NCBI GenBank assembly: GCA_963751275.1 | Contig: CAVVTZ010000007.1 | Location: 768,001-832,000, forward strand | DNA from: an uncultured Gemmatimonadaceae bacterium | Lineage (GTDB): Bacteria > Gemmatimonadota > Gemmatimonadetes > Gemmatimonadales > Gemmatimonadaceae | DNA: 64,000 nucleotides | Reading direction: 5' to 3' | Shown: piece by piece, positions 63,236-64,000 of the stretch | How positions within the stretch are numbered: position 1 is the stretch's first letter | Layout: each line of letters opens with the position of its first letter | Translations under genes and position numbers: made by a program | The notes under the pieces: generated by a model | Told to the model about the DNA's origin: nothing | Database searches by the model: none | Seen by the model: only the letters and a program-made list of their open reading frames with translations

Positions 63236-63904
63236 TCAGTTCTGCGCGAGTGCCTCGGCGACGCGAGCCGCTCTCCAGCCTCTCAATTTCTCTCTCAATT
63301 CCGGCCGTTTGAGCGACAGGATCGCCGTCGCGAGGAGCGCCGCATTGGCGGCGCCCGGCTTTCCGATGGCGAGCGTGCCGACCGGCACGCCTTTCGGCAT
63401 CTGCACGATCGAGAGCAGCGCGTCGAGTCCGTTGAGCGAGGTCGCGTCCACCGGCACGCCGAGCACGGGGAGCACCGTCTGCGCGGCGATGACACCGGGG
63501 AGATGCGCCGCGCCGCCGGCCGCGGCGATGATCACCTCGAGGCCGCGCGCCTCCGCGCCCTTGGCCCAGGCGGCGGTCTCGTCGGGCGTGCGGTGCGCGG
63601 AGAGGATGCGCATCTCGTAAGGGATCTGCAGCGCGTCGAGCAGTTCCGTGCCGGCCGCGAGGGTGTCGAGATCGGTGCGGCTGCCCATCACGATGCCGAC
63701 GAGGGGCGCGGGGCGCGCGGCGGGAGCGCGCGACGGGCGCGGGATGGGCTGGATGGCGCGCGGGATGGGCTTGGGCGCCGGCTTCGCGGCGGCCTTCGGC
63801 GCCGGCTTCTTGGGCGGCCCGCGGCGCTTCTTGGCGACCGGCCGCTTGGGCGCCGTTCTCTTGGGGGTCTTCTTGGCGGCGGGCTTCTTCTTGGATGGGC
63901 TCAT
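63236..63904 (-). CDS. purE: N5-CAIR mutase with Lys/Pro/Ala-rich N-terminal extension
   Basis: [41 protein letters not shown]. Confidence 0.95.
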   Translation of the reverse strand: MSPSKKKPAAKKTPKRTAPKRPVAKKRRGPPKKPAPKAAAKPAPKPIPRAIQPIPRPSRAPAARPAPLVGIVMGSRTDLDTLAAGTELLDALQIPYEMRILSAHRTPDETAAWAKGAEARGLEVIIAAAGGAAHLPGVIAAQTVLPVLGVPVDATSLNGLDALLSIVQMPKGVPVGTLAIGKPGAANAALLATAILSLKRPELREKLRGWRAARVAEALAQN

Positions 63905-64000
63905 TTCGCGTTCGACCACCACGCGAAGCTGCGCCCCGCGAGGATCATGTCGTCGTTGGGGTAGGTCTTCCAGACGCCATCGTAGCGCCGGAGCGTGATG
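63901..64000 (-). CDS. 3' end of an unidentified gene
   Basis: Frame [32 protein letters not shown] whose TGA overlaps the purE ATG. Confidence 0.5.
   Translation of the reverse strand, partial: ITLRRYDGVWKTYPNDDMILAGRSFAWWSNAK

Overview
High-GC bacterial chromosomal window. Gene content and style suggest Gemmatimonadota (inference). It contains a complete Pho/Pst locus (phoB-phoR, a small STAS-like ORF, pstS, a porin, pstC-pstA-pstB-pstB-phoU-ppx), purine/pyrimidine salvage genes, lon, the ffh-rpsP-rimM-trmD-rplS-rnhB cluster, tRNA-Lys(UUU), several secreted proteins, and a moaC/holB/purE region. About ten genes, including essential ffh, carry single-base indels that are most likely read or assembly errors. 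Best candidate for an undescribed system: a five-gene operon at 42360-47840 (-) behind a clear sigma54 promoter. It encodes a ZU5-like lipoprotein with an HFS autoproteolysis motif 21 residues from its C-terminus, a stand-alone TPR protein, a sensor-less sigma54 activator, a TPR-HD-GYP protein and a REC-GGDEF protein, which suggests peptide-triggered sigma54/c-di-GMP signalling. Also notable: a DUF692 (MNIO) homologue missing about half its iron ligands, paired with an RRE-like partner and bracketed by two near-identical palindromes; a PHM-like copper monooxygenase; two families of long intergenic palindromes; and repeated Pho-box-like sites. All family calls come from motif recognition by eye; no database search was run.
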